From Octopus sinensis (Eukaryota): DNA of 34,762 nt. Both the position numbers and the translations under genes were made by a program. This document shows, one piece after another, positions 1-11,883 of the stretch; positions within the stretch are counted from its first letter, which is position 1; the number at the start of each line of letters is the position of its first letter. Where the stretch lies: positions 1 through 34,762 of the forward strand of contig NW_021832656.1 of NCBI RefSeq assembly GCF_006345805.1, written 5' to 3'. The notes under the pieces are model-generated. The model was given only the letters and a program-made list of their open reading frames with translations. It had not been told where the DNA came from and did not search any database.

Positions 1-36
1 AACTCCGTCACCAAGGAACAGCCTGATCCTGAAAGT

Positions 37-257
37 AACGTGCATTCACGTAATTCTTGGAGATGATTCAGCGTGACACAGAATGTGACAGAGCCGGACG
101 TTTCCAAATACACGTAGAACTCATTTTTGCCAGCTGAGTATCGTGGAGCCACGGGAAGAAAAACGTCTTACTCAAGGACGCAACGCCCATTCTCGAATCG
201 AATTCACAACCTTACGACCGTAACCTGAATACCCTAACCACTAAGTCACGTGCTTCA
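37..257 (-). mobile_element. tRNA-derived SINE, near full length
   Basis: Minus strand begins TGAAGCACGTGACTTAGTGGTTAGGG (A-box-like), then GAATTCGATTC (B-box-like), then a CORE-like GTTGCGTCCTTGAGTAAGAC and CTCAGCTGGCAAAAATGAGT. Related heads at 13756, 20565 and 28843. Confidence 0.8.
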
Positions 258-724
258 GCATCACAATCACCTTCATGAACACCTGTATGGACATAACTTT
301 CACCAACAAGACAAATATCGACAAATTGACATATACTAGAGTGCTCATATCTACTCACCCGCCATGCTGGAAATAGCAGATGTGTCCATTATGATACCTA
401 CATTATGGTCTTAAAGATGGATAGAACGAATTATGTTATTGTGGATTTCATGTGGAAAGTAAAAACACCAATACGTCACCATGTTTACCAACACCACCGG
501 CAGCACCAATCATTCCGCAATCAGTAGAAATAGCATAAACTACCAGTGAGAACTTACGCGACTGACACCATCAAATACAACGTTAAAACTACCACTACCA
601 CCAGAATCGTCACCATGACGACCGATATCAGCGCCACAATCCGTACTGTCTTTACGAGGACAAACACCAGAAACAATTACGTCACCAAATCAAAAACTGT
701 AGCTACGTAACAAATCGAATCTGC

Positions 725-726
<2 letters not shown>

Positions 727-762
<36 letters not shown>
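727..762. repeat. (TA)n microsatellite (first of many)
   Basis: Pure TA run. Similar TA or mixed TA/CA tracts occur at about 1685-1746, 2817-2870, 3010-3120, 4100-4292, 5870-5916, 6018-6108, 12478-12560, 13900-13975, 17225-17279, 20265-20342, 25570-25850, 27385-27690, 29924-29982 and 32890-33100. Confidence 0.97.
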
Positions 763-766
<4 letters not shown>

Positions 767-910
767 ACACACACATGCACACATAACTATATAAATGAAA
801 AAATAGGCATTAACTACAGAACAACATACTATACGATAGCTCGCTCGTCAGTTATCGACCGTTTTACTGCTCCCTGTATCGGGCTTATACATTCATACAC
901 ACATTTTTTT

Positions 911-1088
911 ATCTCTTCGTCATGAGACGGTGCCAATGCTGGAGCACGACTCTGAAGATTAAATTCAACAAATCGACCGCAATGATTACATTAATTCAGC
1001 AACCTAATCTATCAGTCTCCCATGTGAAGAAAAACTAATTTCTAGGGACGTGAACAAACAAACCCCGGCACTCAAACGATGATGGGCG
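911..1088 (-). mobile_element. Degenerate 3' portion of the CORE-type SINE family seen at 1931-2333
   Basis: ATGCTGGAGCAC, ACAAATCGACC, CTATCAGTCTC and GGGACGTGAAC are collinear with the intact copy at 1960-2090. Confidence 0.6.
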
Positions 1089-1680
1089 AAAAATCATCAG
1101 AACAAAGGCACACACATATACACATTTCTCCACATATATTGTTATATATGACATATAATATATAACATAATATATATTTCATATATCTTATTTATTAAAC
1201 ATTTGGCCTTGGACGAAAATATTTTCATTATATTTACGAAGTATTATTTCTATTATGGCGGCTCTTATCTTAATTAAATCACTATCTGCAGCTGCTTCTC
1301 TACTTTAATTTCTAATATTATAAATGTATGATATCTGAATTCACGACATTTCGCCTGTACACGAGACGATATATTTTCAGTTTATGTGAAATATCACATT
1401 ATACATTATAACTAATCTCCTCTCATAGCGCTGTTTCTACACTCTCGTGGGCGTATGTATATTTTAAAGGCATATGACCTTGCTAGAAGGTGATTACAAT
1501 GTACGAAGAGGAAATATATAGAATATAATATTTTATCTTATAATTCGTTCAGTCATTAGACTGCGCGGCCATGCTGTGGCACCACCTGGAAGGGTGTCTG
1601 TTTTCAACCTGGTTTACACACACACACATATATATCTATATATAGTATATATATTATATAAAATGGGACAAGAACACCAT

Positions 1681-1751
<71 letters not shown>

Positions 1752-1796
1752 CATGTGTTGTGTGTGTCTTTTTGTGTGCCTGTGAGCACATCTTTC

Positions 1797-1897
1797 TGTC
1801 TGCGTTTGTCTCACTCCACACATGGAGCCAGTGTTAGTGTGTTCACATCCACGTGAACAGAGCAGTTCGGCAAAAGGGAACTAATACAATGAGTACC
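1797..1897 (+). mobile_element. Degenerate SINE 3' fragment, inverted relative to the adjacent copy
   Basis: GTGTGTTCACATCCACGTGAACAGAGCAGTTCGGCAAAAGGGAACTAATACAATGAGTAC approximates the reverse complement of 2030-2090. Confidence 0.65.
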
Positions 1898-1930
1898 AAT
1901 CTATTAAAACATACAAAAACGGAGTACTGC

Positions 1931-2333
1931 ATACTCTTTTACTTGTTTCAGTTATTTGACTGCGGCCATGCTGGAGCACCGCCTTTAATCGAGCAACTCG
2001 ACCCCGGGACTTATTCTTTTGTAAGCCCAGTACTTATTCTATCGGTCTCTTTTGCCGAACCGCTAAGTGACGGGGTCGTAAACACACCAGCATCGGTTGT
2101 CAAGCAATGCTAGGGGGACAAACGCAGACACAGAAACACATACACACACATACATATATATGTATATACATATATACGACGGGCTTCTTTCAGTTTCCGT
2201 CTACCAAATCCACTCATTGGTCGGCTCGGGGCTATAGCAGGAGGTACGTGCCCAAGATGCCACGCAGTGGGACTGAACCCCGAACCATGTGGCTGGTTAG
2301 CAAGCTACTTACCACACAGCCACTCCTGCGCAT
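1931..2333 (-). mobile_element. Full-length tRNA-derived CORE-type SINE (octopus OR-like) with internal (CA)/(TA) tract
   Basis: Minus strand: head GGAGTGGCTGTGTGGTAAG ... GGTTCAGTCCC (A/B boxes), CORE-like GGCATCTTGGGCACGT, internal microsatellite, tail GCTCCAGCATGGCCGCAGTCAAATAACTGAAAC. Other copies at 9191, 11728, 23483 and 25853. Confidence 0.88.
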
Positions 2334-2809
2334 GGGAGTCACTCGACAAAAACTCTACAAGGCGGTACTCCAGCTTGGCCGCGGTCTAAACAGCAAAACA
2401 AATACAAGATAAACTTTAAAACATGCACCATCTGCATGTTTATACCTATGTTAGAAGAAAACTATTTTTCAAGAAAGGAAATTCTAGTTTTATTTCTTAA
2501 TCCAAGAACGATAAAGACAATTATACTACAACCTGAATAACAATTGTAATTGTATTGCGTTATATCTTGACTCTACCAGACAGTGCTTCTCCTTATCCAG
2601 GTTGAATGGAATTGTTTACCATTTTCCAATGGTTCTGGAAAGTAAATGTCATAAATGTCATTCTGAATTATCCACAAGAGATGCAGCATTATCACAGGAG
2701 TACTGTTGCGTTTCTATTAAAAGGAGAAAATGTTTGTACTGCATACAAACATATACATACATACATACATAACAATACACAACATACACACACACACACA
2801 CACACACAC

Positions 2810-2872
<63 letters not shown>

Positions 2873-3061
2873 GTGTGTGTGTGTAATAGACATATGTGTG
2901 TGCTAGTTTGTACGTGGACATTTGTGTGCATGAATAAATATAGCGATATGTGGGTAACATCTATGCGTGCAATCACTATTTACATATATATTCTTAAGTG
3001 CCTTTATATACACACAAATATATATATATACATATATAAATACATATAAATACATATATAC

Positions 3062-3109
<48 letters not shown>

Positions 3110-3587
3110 TATATATAAACATATACGCATGTTTTCATATATGTATGTATGTGAGTGTGTGTGTGGTGTATGTAAGAAAGAGTGTATGTGTTTTTGTGTA
3201 TCCTCTTAGAAATAGCATAATTTGGAATTGTAACTCAGGGCATCACTACAAATATTCAAAATTGCACAATCAGCTGAAGTACCTCAGTACTGTGAGAATA
3301 CGACGCAAACAAATTCGCAAATAAATTGCAATATAATTAAAGTTCATTAGATACAGTTTTAATAAAATTGCAGACAATGGATTGAATTTGCTTCGCTCGT
3401 TCACGTTAGCCAATTGTCATTCACAGGAAACATGGTATTTTTATCTATATTGTACTTGATGATCTCATTAGTTCGTTATTATATATATATACATAAAACA
3501 TACATACATACATACATTATACATCCGTACATACATCCATACATACACACACACATACACACATATATATATGTATATATATATATG

Positions 3588-3619
<32 letters not shown>

Positions 3620-3794
3620 CATATACGAGCAAAACACCCCCATCCAATGGACGGTGTTGAGTTGTCAAACATTTAAACCAAATTTTCTCAAAACAATTTG
3701 TCCGACCTTCTCTTTACGTTTGAAGAAAATATCGCATTTGCATCTTACTTTTTGGGTCTCTTAAATATACTGCATTTTGTGTATTTATTTCAAG

Positions 3795-4075
3795 CCAACT
3801 GGCTTTTTTTGCGCAAACTGCTCGTGCATCTTTCTCGCGTACGCGTAGTATCGATTGCAACAGCTGATGTACTTGCGCATACAAATGCACGTTTCCACGG
3901 TTTTATCGATCACATTCTCACCTGGAATCGATTTTTGTAATTTGTTTCAGAACTTATCCACGCCCTGATATCGTCGGTATTTACACATCAAATTTGAGCG
4001 CAATCGGATTGAGGATGCCCGAGATCCTAGAAGACACACTCACACAGACAGACAGAACGGATTCTATATAATAGA
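3795..4075. mobile_element. Probable non-autonomous Helitron/Helentron-associated (HINE/DINE-1-like) element
   Basis: CAAATTTGAGCGCAATCGG...(ACAG)n...TATATAATAGAT matches the recalled layout of DINE-1-like elements; CpG-rich palindrome CGCGTACGCG near the other end. Family call is from memory only. Confidence 0.4.
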
Positions 4076-4138
4076 TAAATAGATACATACATACAGTATA
4101 TACACACTATATATATATACATATATACATATATATGT

Positions 4139-4192
<54 letters not shown>

Positions 4193-4298
4193 CACACATA
4201 TATATATATGTATATATATACATATAAATATATATATAGATAGATATAGATATATGTATATATATATATATATATAATATATATATATATATAATAAT

Positions 4299-4558
4299 AA
4301 ATATTAGGGAATAAATCCAAATTTACAGGGAAAATCAGATTTAGGATTGAATCCAATTTTATAGTAAAATATTATATAATATTAATTAGAGACAAAACCA
4401 CTATTTTGCAAATCAAACAAAGAAAGACTTAATCCAATACATAAAAAAATTTTAATATAAATTAAATAAATTTATATTCGCCACTACAATTGTTTCATGT
4501 CTCTTCTCAGGACATTCATCAGGTGGATTTCAGATCTAAAAATAATCAATATTTTTAA
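4299..4558 (-). mobile_element. Penelope-like pLTR repeat, copy 1 (left arm of inverted repeat)
   Basis: Contains a hammerhead motif; 4373-4558 is the reverse complement of 5693-5876 with about 5 differences; also homologous to 29994-30211. Confidence 0.75.
4481..4526 (-). ncRNA. Minimal type I hammerhead ribozyme motif (HHR-1)
   Basis: Minus strand CCAC-CUGAUGA-AUGUC-CUGAGAAGA-GACAU-GAAAC-AAUU-GUA-GUGG: intact core, helix I CCAC/GUGG, helix II AUGUC/GACAU (5 bp), palindromic helix III ACAAUUGU, GUA cleavage triplet (predicted cut between 4485 and 4484). Confidence 0.85.
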
Positions 4559-5112
4559 GATATAAATTTAAAATGACTAAAACTATAAATAATATAAATT
4601 TATCAATGAAAAAAAATATATATATATATAATCTATATATAATCTATATATAATCAAGAACTAAATTAACCTCTATAAACAATTGAATATAAAAAAACCT
4701 AGTATTTATTTTTCTCATACTTAAAGATGAATAATCTAATTTCAAAAAACAAAAATAAAATAAAATGTATAAACACACATGCTCATACACATATATCTAA
4801 GTATATATATATAAACATATCTAAATACATACAGTAACTCACACACCCGTATATATATCTCTATACATACACATAAACATCTAGGCAATGATAAATTAAT
4901 AAAGTAGCTGTATACTTAAACACATTACTTATTCGTACTCCCACACACATACATACAACCCTCATTCATAAACCCACTCACTCTGCATGACAATCACACA
5001 TCCAGCATCCGCAAATACTCAACCACAACAACAGAAACATTTCATTCTTAGCAATAAACTACCGAATACCGTATACCACATATATACAACACCATACATA
5101 AATACTTAAAAC

Positions 5113-5258
5113 AAACACACACACACACATATTCCAAATACCACATGCATACAACAAACATACACAAATACGCAAAAAACACACACACACACATATTCCA
5201 AATACCACATGCATACAACAAACATACACAAATACGCAAACAAACACACACACACACA
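5113..5258. repeat. Tandem duplication, 64-bp period (~2.3 units)
   Basis: ATTCCAAATACCACATGCATACAACAAACATACACAAATACGCAAA starts at 5131 and again at 5195, each preceded by (CA)n. Confidence 0.9.
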
Positions 5259-5692
5259 TTCACGCATACATAAACACTCAAAAGAAAACAACTTTTCTAC
5301 ACATTAACAATGCACACCCACACACAATCACTCATACACAACACCACTCCCACCGCCACACCAACACAGAGGAGTAACAAATTCAGCAGATACATACATT
5401 CAGCCACACACATACATTAACATTCTCTACTCGGCAATATACTATAAAAACCCCATCACCATTCTAAAACAAAATTATGAATAAGAATAATAACTTATAT
5501 AGAATTATTCTATTATTAAACGTAATCTAAACCATTTAAAAACGAATCTATCTATTTATCAAAGTATGTCTAACTTATTTAATAACTAATAACAAAGAAA
5601 AGTACGATAAATAGATCAATACATAAACAACAAGTTTAACATAAGGAGAATATATTATACAAAAACTTATACATATACAATTAAAATTAAGA

Positions 5693-5863
5693 TTAAAAAT
5701 ATTGATTATTTTTAGATCTGAAATCCACCTGATGAATATCCTGAGAAGAGACATGAAACAATTGTAGTGGCGAATATAATTTTATTTAATTTATATTAAT
5801 TTTTTTTATGTATTGGATAAGTCTTTCTTTGTTTGATTTGCAAAATAGTGGTTTTGTCTCTAA

Positions 5864-5876
<13 letters not shown>
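5693..5876 (+). mobile_element. Penelope-like pLTR repeat, copy 2 (right arm of inverted repeat)
   Basis: Reverse complement of 4373-4558; runs directly into (TA)n at ~5872. Confidence 0.75.
5725..5770 (+). ncRNA. Minimal type I hammerhead ribozyme motif (HHR-2)
   Basis: CCAC-CUGAUGA-AUAUC-CUGAGAAGA-GACAU-GAAAC-AAUU-GUA-GUGG; identical to HHR-1 except an A.C mismatch in helix II; predicted cut after 5766. Confidence 0.78.
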
Positions 5877-5906
<30 letters not shown>

Positions 5907-6036
5907 ATATATATATAAAAGGAAATGAAGAAAATGCTGACAAATAATTGAAGTAATTTAAGTAATTTATTAGGTGAAAGTTCTTTTTACCGTTTGCGCA
6001 TTTGTTATGCTTATACATATATATATATATACATAC

Positions 6037-6078
<42 letters not shown>

Positions 6079-6113
6079 ATAATATATATATATAATATAT
6101 ATATATATACTTA

Positions 6114-6237
6114 CCGCTGTCAAATGAATGAAACAAGTAAAAGAGTGAAAGAACATGTAAACTACGGTGCATTTGTTCGAGTAAAACCTTCATGCTAGTG
6201 CCCCAGCATGGGCCCATTTAAATGACTGAAACAAATA
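6114..6237 (+). mobile_element. Two SINE 3'-tail fragments
   Basis: CCGCTGTCAAATGAATGAAACAAGTAAAAGAG and CCCCAGCATGG...AAATGACTGAAAC match the tail of the 1931-2333 family. Confidence 0.6.
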
Positions 6238-7399
6238 GGAATTAAATGGTTAGTGAAGAAGTCCACAGTTGTCGGGAGTTCGTTTTCGACTGAACAGTTT
6301 GTGGGTTCGATACCATTGCATTCCATCTTGAATAAGTGTTCTTAACTTTAGCGTAGGTTTGTCGAAACACTTTTGAATGCAATGTAGCAGACAGAATTCC
6401 GGAAGTTCGCGAAATAAAGTATCCTAATATTTTAAAGTCTCAGCAAGTCTCATTGATTCTGTCTGCTGCATGCATACGTAAAGAGGTTCTCACCAATGGC
6501 TGCCCGTCAAAATATTTTGTAACTGAATCAGAAAATATTTTCCTTGGTTGAATACTTAAATCGCTCATCGTCAATTCATTTTACATATAAAGTTATTTGG
6601 ATGGCGAGATAATGAGTAGACTTAAGACTAAGTGAGAATATATAGTATTATTCTATGTCAAGAGGATTTCTTTAACTATTTTAGAATTCTCGCCTTATTG
6701 CATCAAGTGGTTCGTATATTAAAATTAATTCACACACTAGGAAATTGTTGTTATTTCACGGTAATTGATTTGAGGTTAAAGCTCATGTCAAGCGAAATGC
6801 TTCTTATAGCTTTGAAATTTTAAGATGGATTTAAAGGTCTCTGAAATAACTATCTTCTGTATCTTAATGCAATTTAGAACATATTCCGCTCTGCTAAGTT
6901 CTGTTTTACTTTGATGTCGCCCTACACATTTTCCAAAATAACTCTCTCTATATCGGTCGCACAACATATTGAAAGATTCAAACTTCATAATTACGCTTGA
7001 TGAAGAATCGAACTTTAATGAAATTATTTCTTATAAAGTTACATTTATGAATTGGTAAGAACTGTTTTTAAAATAAATCTAATGAGAAATGACAATGCAT
7101 TAATATAAATCGCAACCATATTCCCCAAACTCTCAAGACTTAGAAAATATATTTGCGAGGGGTTCATCTTCTGATATGGAAACATTTAACGGATCTGTTC
7201 TGCGTAATAACGTAATGACGTATTAAAAATGTATAGTTTGAAGGGGGAATAAATTGTATACAAAATGCTTGAATACTAAATTATATAAAAATAGGATATG
7301 AAATATTTTACGGTAAAAATCTCAGTGTAAATGAAATTTCGTTCTATTCATGACAGGATTTGTATAACATCTACACCAGCATTTCCTTATAAACCACCA

Positions 7400-8165
7400 A
7401 TTGCATTTCTTTCCTTTTCGGTGTCATATCGAGAATGTGGGGGAATAGGCGATCCCTTCCTGTGACAATTCACTGCTCTTTGTTTTCTACAACAGTTCTT
7501 CTTCCTAATGTTTAATTTCTCTCCCTTCCAAGCAGTTCCTCAAGCTTCACATCCATCATCATTATTCTCTTTTCAATGCGTGCTTTCCCGGTATCGCTAA
7601 ATTCTCGAGGCCCTCTTTCCTCATAAAATGATCAAGGAATTTCACGAAGTAGTTTTCTATTTACTATATCCCTGATCATCACTTCCTGAGACATTTTGTC
7701 TGTCCATATTATCCTCAATATTCTCTTTAAGAACCTTATTTAACAGCTTTCGAAGCACCTTCTCATTCCTGGTATTATAGACTATGCCTCACTTCAATAC
7801 ATTAACACAAGTTTGGATATACAATTCTTTGTCTTGATGCTCTCAGAGTACGGTTCCTCAAGCTTTTATACAATTTTCGGAATGCAGATTTTGCTAGCAC
7901 TATTCATGTTTTGATCCCCTTTACACATCTTGAGTCTTCCATAATCTAAGTTACAATGTAGTTGAAGAATGATTCTTGCTTCATGGTTTGATTGTTCCCT
8001 TTCAGCACCACATTGGGATTCCCTCATGTGTCACTACCGTGTACTCTCTCTTCTTGCAATTTATGAAAAGACCCTTCCTCTCACTTACTCGGACCACTAC
8101 ATCTAGAAGTCACAGATGTTGCTTTTCCGATTCTACAAGTAAGACTGCGCCATCAGTATAACTTA
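7400..8165 (-). mobile_element. Decayed RTE-clade LINE, reverse-transcriptase C-terminal half
   Basis: Manual minus-strand translation with stops and frameshifts: YTDGAVLL (YADD-motif position), LLDVVVRVSERKGLFINCKK, FNYI...IKT*IVLAKSAF, Y*SEA*SI, FLKRILRIIWTDK, LDHFMRKEGLENL, in the order expected for RTE/BovB-like ORFs. Confidence 0.85.
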
Positions 8166-8769
8166 TGATTGTTATATTTGTGAGCTGTAAGTGTATCAAA
8201 AAGCATCGTTGATTCTATTGCCAGAAGAAACGTTAAAAGTACGAACGCATAAAACCTATTTTTTTTATGTATATAATTTCACAATCTTCAATATCTGCCA
8301 AATGATATGAGAGATGTTCTGAAGAATTTATTTATCGATTTTACATCTCACTTGCATGTAACAAAGAAATTAAACGCTACATACAGCGACTGCATAATAT
8401 TTAAAGAAAAGTGTATATACATTCAGAGACAGATAAAGACGGCTCTTCATTTTTCTTATTCACATACAAACAGAATTTAGAAGAAGATAATAAATATCAG
8501 CTATGATGAAATCGAATAGTTTTATGTGGAACATGCATTTGTCTAGATTAAATATTACCGAACTTGTGATTTCTGCCGGCAAAGTTTTGAATTTTATTAT
8601 GAAATTTTCCTATTTTGAATAAAACATTACATTTAATGCAGACATTCCCATGTCTGTCAAGTAGAGAATTGTTCACTTTGTTAGATACATGCTCGCTACA
8701 TTGTGGAGAAGAAAACAGTTTCGGGGAACAAGTATCGTAACTTTTACTAGATTCTTGTTAAATGTATTT

Positions 8770-9005
8770 TAAGGGCTTGTGTGATTACGAGCAGCTATTT
8801 GCACGCTCCCCACCATCATAGACTTTGGTTTCGGGGCACATTCATGATTTGAACAACTAGATGGGGACCGAACTGCGCCCGCTCTTGGGTGGATCTTATT
8901 TTCATTTGAATCGAGTTGAGTAATATGACACAACCCATTCCTCGGTTCAGGTATTGAGACAATGTCATCTTCATAACGAGTCCAACACTTTAATGACAAA
9001 CTCAC
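8770..9005 (-). mobile_element. Decayed Penelope-like (PLE) reverse-transcriptase fragment
   Basis: ORF reads KCWTRYEDDIVSI...QLDSNENKI, resembling the PLE RT motif W.RYVDDIF...LNS...I; PHLVVQI (PFLDV-like) follows after a frameshift. Confidence 0.55.
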
Positions 9006-9190
9006 GCGCCTTCACACGAAAGCAGCAAAGAAACTTTTATATATGCATTGACAGTAAAACATCGTCCATTTTTATGTTTTATACACGACTTTCTTAAGAC
9101 ATAAAATATCTCATAAATTTGTAAGCGGACAGAAGCTGCAGATACAAAAACCGCATATGTATGCGTTACTCTTATATTCTTTATTCGTTT

Positions 9191-9401
9191 ATTCTTTTAC
9201 TTCTTTCAGTCATTTGACTGCGGCCATGCTGGAGCAACGCCGTTAGTCAAATAAATCGATCCCATGACTTATTCTTTGTAAGACAAGTACTTATTCTATC
9301 GGTTTCTGTTGCCGAACCGCTACGTTACGGGGACATAAACACATCAACATCGTTGCCACACAGAAAACCCAAGCGTTTATATACACACACACACATATGT
9401 A

Positions 9402-9449
<48 letters not shown>

Positions 9450-9613
9450 CGACAGGTTTCTTTCAGTTTCTGTCTATCAAATTCACTTACAATGGTTTGG
9501 TCGGCCCGAAGGTATAGCAGAAGATACTTACCTAAGGTGCTACGTAGTGAGACTGAACCCAGGCCCTTGTGTTTGGGAAGCAAACTTCTTACCACACAGC
9601 CACACCTGCGCAT
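9191..9613 (-). mobile_element. Full-length CORE-type SINE with expanded internal (TA)n
   Basis: Collinear with 1931-2333 from tail (CATTTGACTGCGGCCATGCTGGAGC) to head (CTTACCACACAGCCACACCTGCGCAT). Confidence 0.85.
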
Positions 9614-9918
9614 TTTATATTTAAATAAATACTCTCTTAGATGTTTTTTATGAAACATCCGTAGAATGTGAATAAATTGTCCTGATTTGATTTTATCATT
9701 TGTTCACAATGGAGTTGTTAGAAGGGAAGACAGAACAACTAGACGTATTTGATGTGAGATTTTATGCTATTAAGTTCCTATCAAACCGAAGTGAAATCAG
9801 CTCTTCAACATTCCAGCTTCGAGTAAAATGGGGCCGGTCGAATGTTGCTCATTGTAGCAATGTCTGAACAGATGTCTTAAAATATCGTTACCACTTCTTC
9901 CCGATAGATAGACCAAAA

Positions 9919-10400
9919 GGAAATTTGAAAGCAATATACGAATTATCTGATAAAGGTAACCCGCAATTGAATGCTGATAAATTCAAAGCACTCCACTAAT
10001 GACCCAGAAGCACCCAATAATCGGAATATGCACGGGGGTATATATAATCCTAGAATGAGAGAGGTATCCGCATTAGTCATGATGCAATATTCCATAAGCA
10101 CATTACCAAGTTGGCAACACTGTCCAGGAGAGCTGTTGGATGGATTTTGAGATATTTTGGGGGGTAGATCATGGACGTCTTCAAAGAATGTCTGAGATAC
10201 CAAATGAAACCATATAGTGGCTGATGGCGCAAAGAAGGAAAGCTCCGTCCAGTTCGCTAATTCACAAGAAACAGTAGAGAAAAAAAGATGGGGCGTCACA
10301 CATAGACTCAGCTCCTGGTTAATACCAGTAATTAATAAAATATAAAAGACAAAACATATTACCAAATTAGAGAGTATGTTTCTAGAAATATTTACGCACA
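9919..10400 (+). mobile_element. Decayed CR1/L2-like LINE RT fragment
   Basis: Manual translation: NLKAIYELSDKGNPQLNADKFKAL, GIRISHDAIFHKHITKLATLSRRAVGWILRYF and KLES, matching the recalled post-YADD region of CR1-group RTs (NM.FN..KF; GWILRTF). Confidence 0.7.
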
Positions 10401-10821
10401 ATAAAAATAACTGAGGAACAAAGAAGCGTTGATCTGATGACAAGAGAGCAATGCCAGGCAGCCACATAGAATAATGATTAATTGCATATCGTCTGCTGCG
10501 AATGAGTAATATTTGAGGAATTTGTTTACAAAAACAAACCGAATACGAGAGAAAACATTGGAGACCAAAGATTCGTAGACATACACTTACATATTAATTC
10601 CCCAAGAAATACGACTAAGAACGAATCAAATCTTGACTTTGTTTTTTATATCTAAAAACATCTTCACTACTAGACAATGACCTGCTTTCAAAGTCAAGCA
10701 ACTGAGATGCACCGAGGTTAATTTAATGAATATGAAACTCTGTACGAATTTGTCGTTATCTACATTCTGTCTCATGTGAAATTAATAAAGAATCATTATT
10801 TCTTAATACAGTATTACTATC

Positions 10822-10940
<119 letters not shown>

Positions 10941-11064
10941 CCATTGATCCATTCAAACATCTACACATCTAACCATGCATATATATATGTATATATGTAC
11001 GTATCTATTTATCTATCTATCTAACTGCTTATCTCTCTTTCTCTCTTCCTCCCTCTCTCTCTCA

Positions 11065-11095
<31 letters not shown>

Positions 11096-11268
11096 CATTC
11101 ATCTGTTACTTTCGAATATACCTTCGAAAATCTTGCGGAGTGCAATTAAGTCATAATTCGTTTGCACCAAACAAACATGATTACGTCGAAACATTTTTGT
11201 CTGATGATAGTAATGTATCGAATATCTCACGCTTTCACTCTCACAACCTCTTCTTCACAACACCCACA

Positions 11269-11302
<34 letters not shown>

Positions 11303-11404
11303 CGCTCTCTTTATCTTACACTCCGTTTTACATATACTATATCCATGTATACTTGCAGGCAGATATATACACACATATACATAAAAACACATACGCATAC
11401 ACGT

Positions 11405-11447
<43 letters not shown>

Positions 11448-11727
11448 ATAGATATATATATATATACGGGTATGTGTGATTGTGTATAGAAGAATATATT
11501 AATAAAAGGAATTCCAACCCTGTCTGATTTTCACGTTTTATTTACAATCTTATAATGATATAATATAAAATAATATAACATAATAAAATAAAATAAAATA
11601 ATAGAATGTTAAATGTTCATTCTGATTGAACAAGTACTTTCATGCATTAAATTGTGCAATCTTCAGGTCCATATAGTAGTGGTGACAGTCATGCTTCTCA
11701 ATTTTTGACTATATATATATATATATA

Positions 11728-11883
11728 TACGACGGTCATCTTTAGATTTCCGACTACCAATGCAAAGCTCAAGGCTGTGGTCCACAGTAATAGAATATAC
11801 CTGCCTAAGATGTCAGTTGTCACGCAGTGGGACTGCACCCGGAATCGTGTGGTTGCGAAGCAAACTTCTTACCATACAGTCGC
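11728..11883 (-). mobile_element. Degenerate SINE 5' half (head + CORE) abutting (TA)n
   Basis: TACGACGG...CTACCAA...CACGCAGTGGGACTGCACCCGGAATCGTGTGGTTG...CTTACCATACAGTC is collinear with 2175-2326. Confidence 0.75.

Noticed and set aside
4780-5480. Possible mitochondrial insertion (NUMT) given the strand skew
   Set aside because: No mitochondrial gene, tRNA or rRNA motif recognised; the skew is explained by CA-rich repeats.
10433-10460. Other CTGATGA occurrences (10433, ~11201, ~34527)
   Set aside because: No downstream GAAA with pairing helices; the one at ~34527 is the mariner ITDDE codon string.
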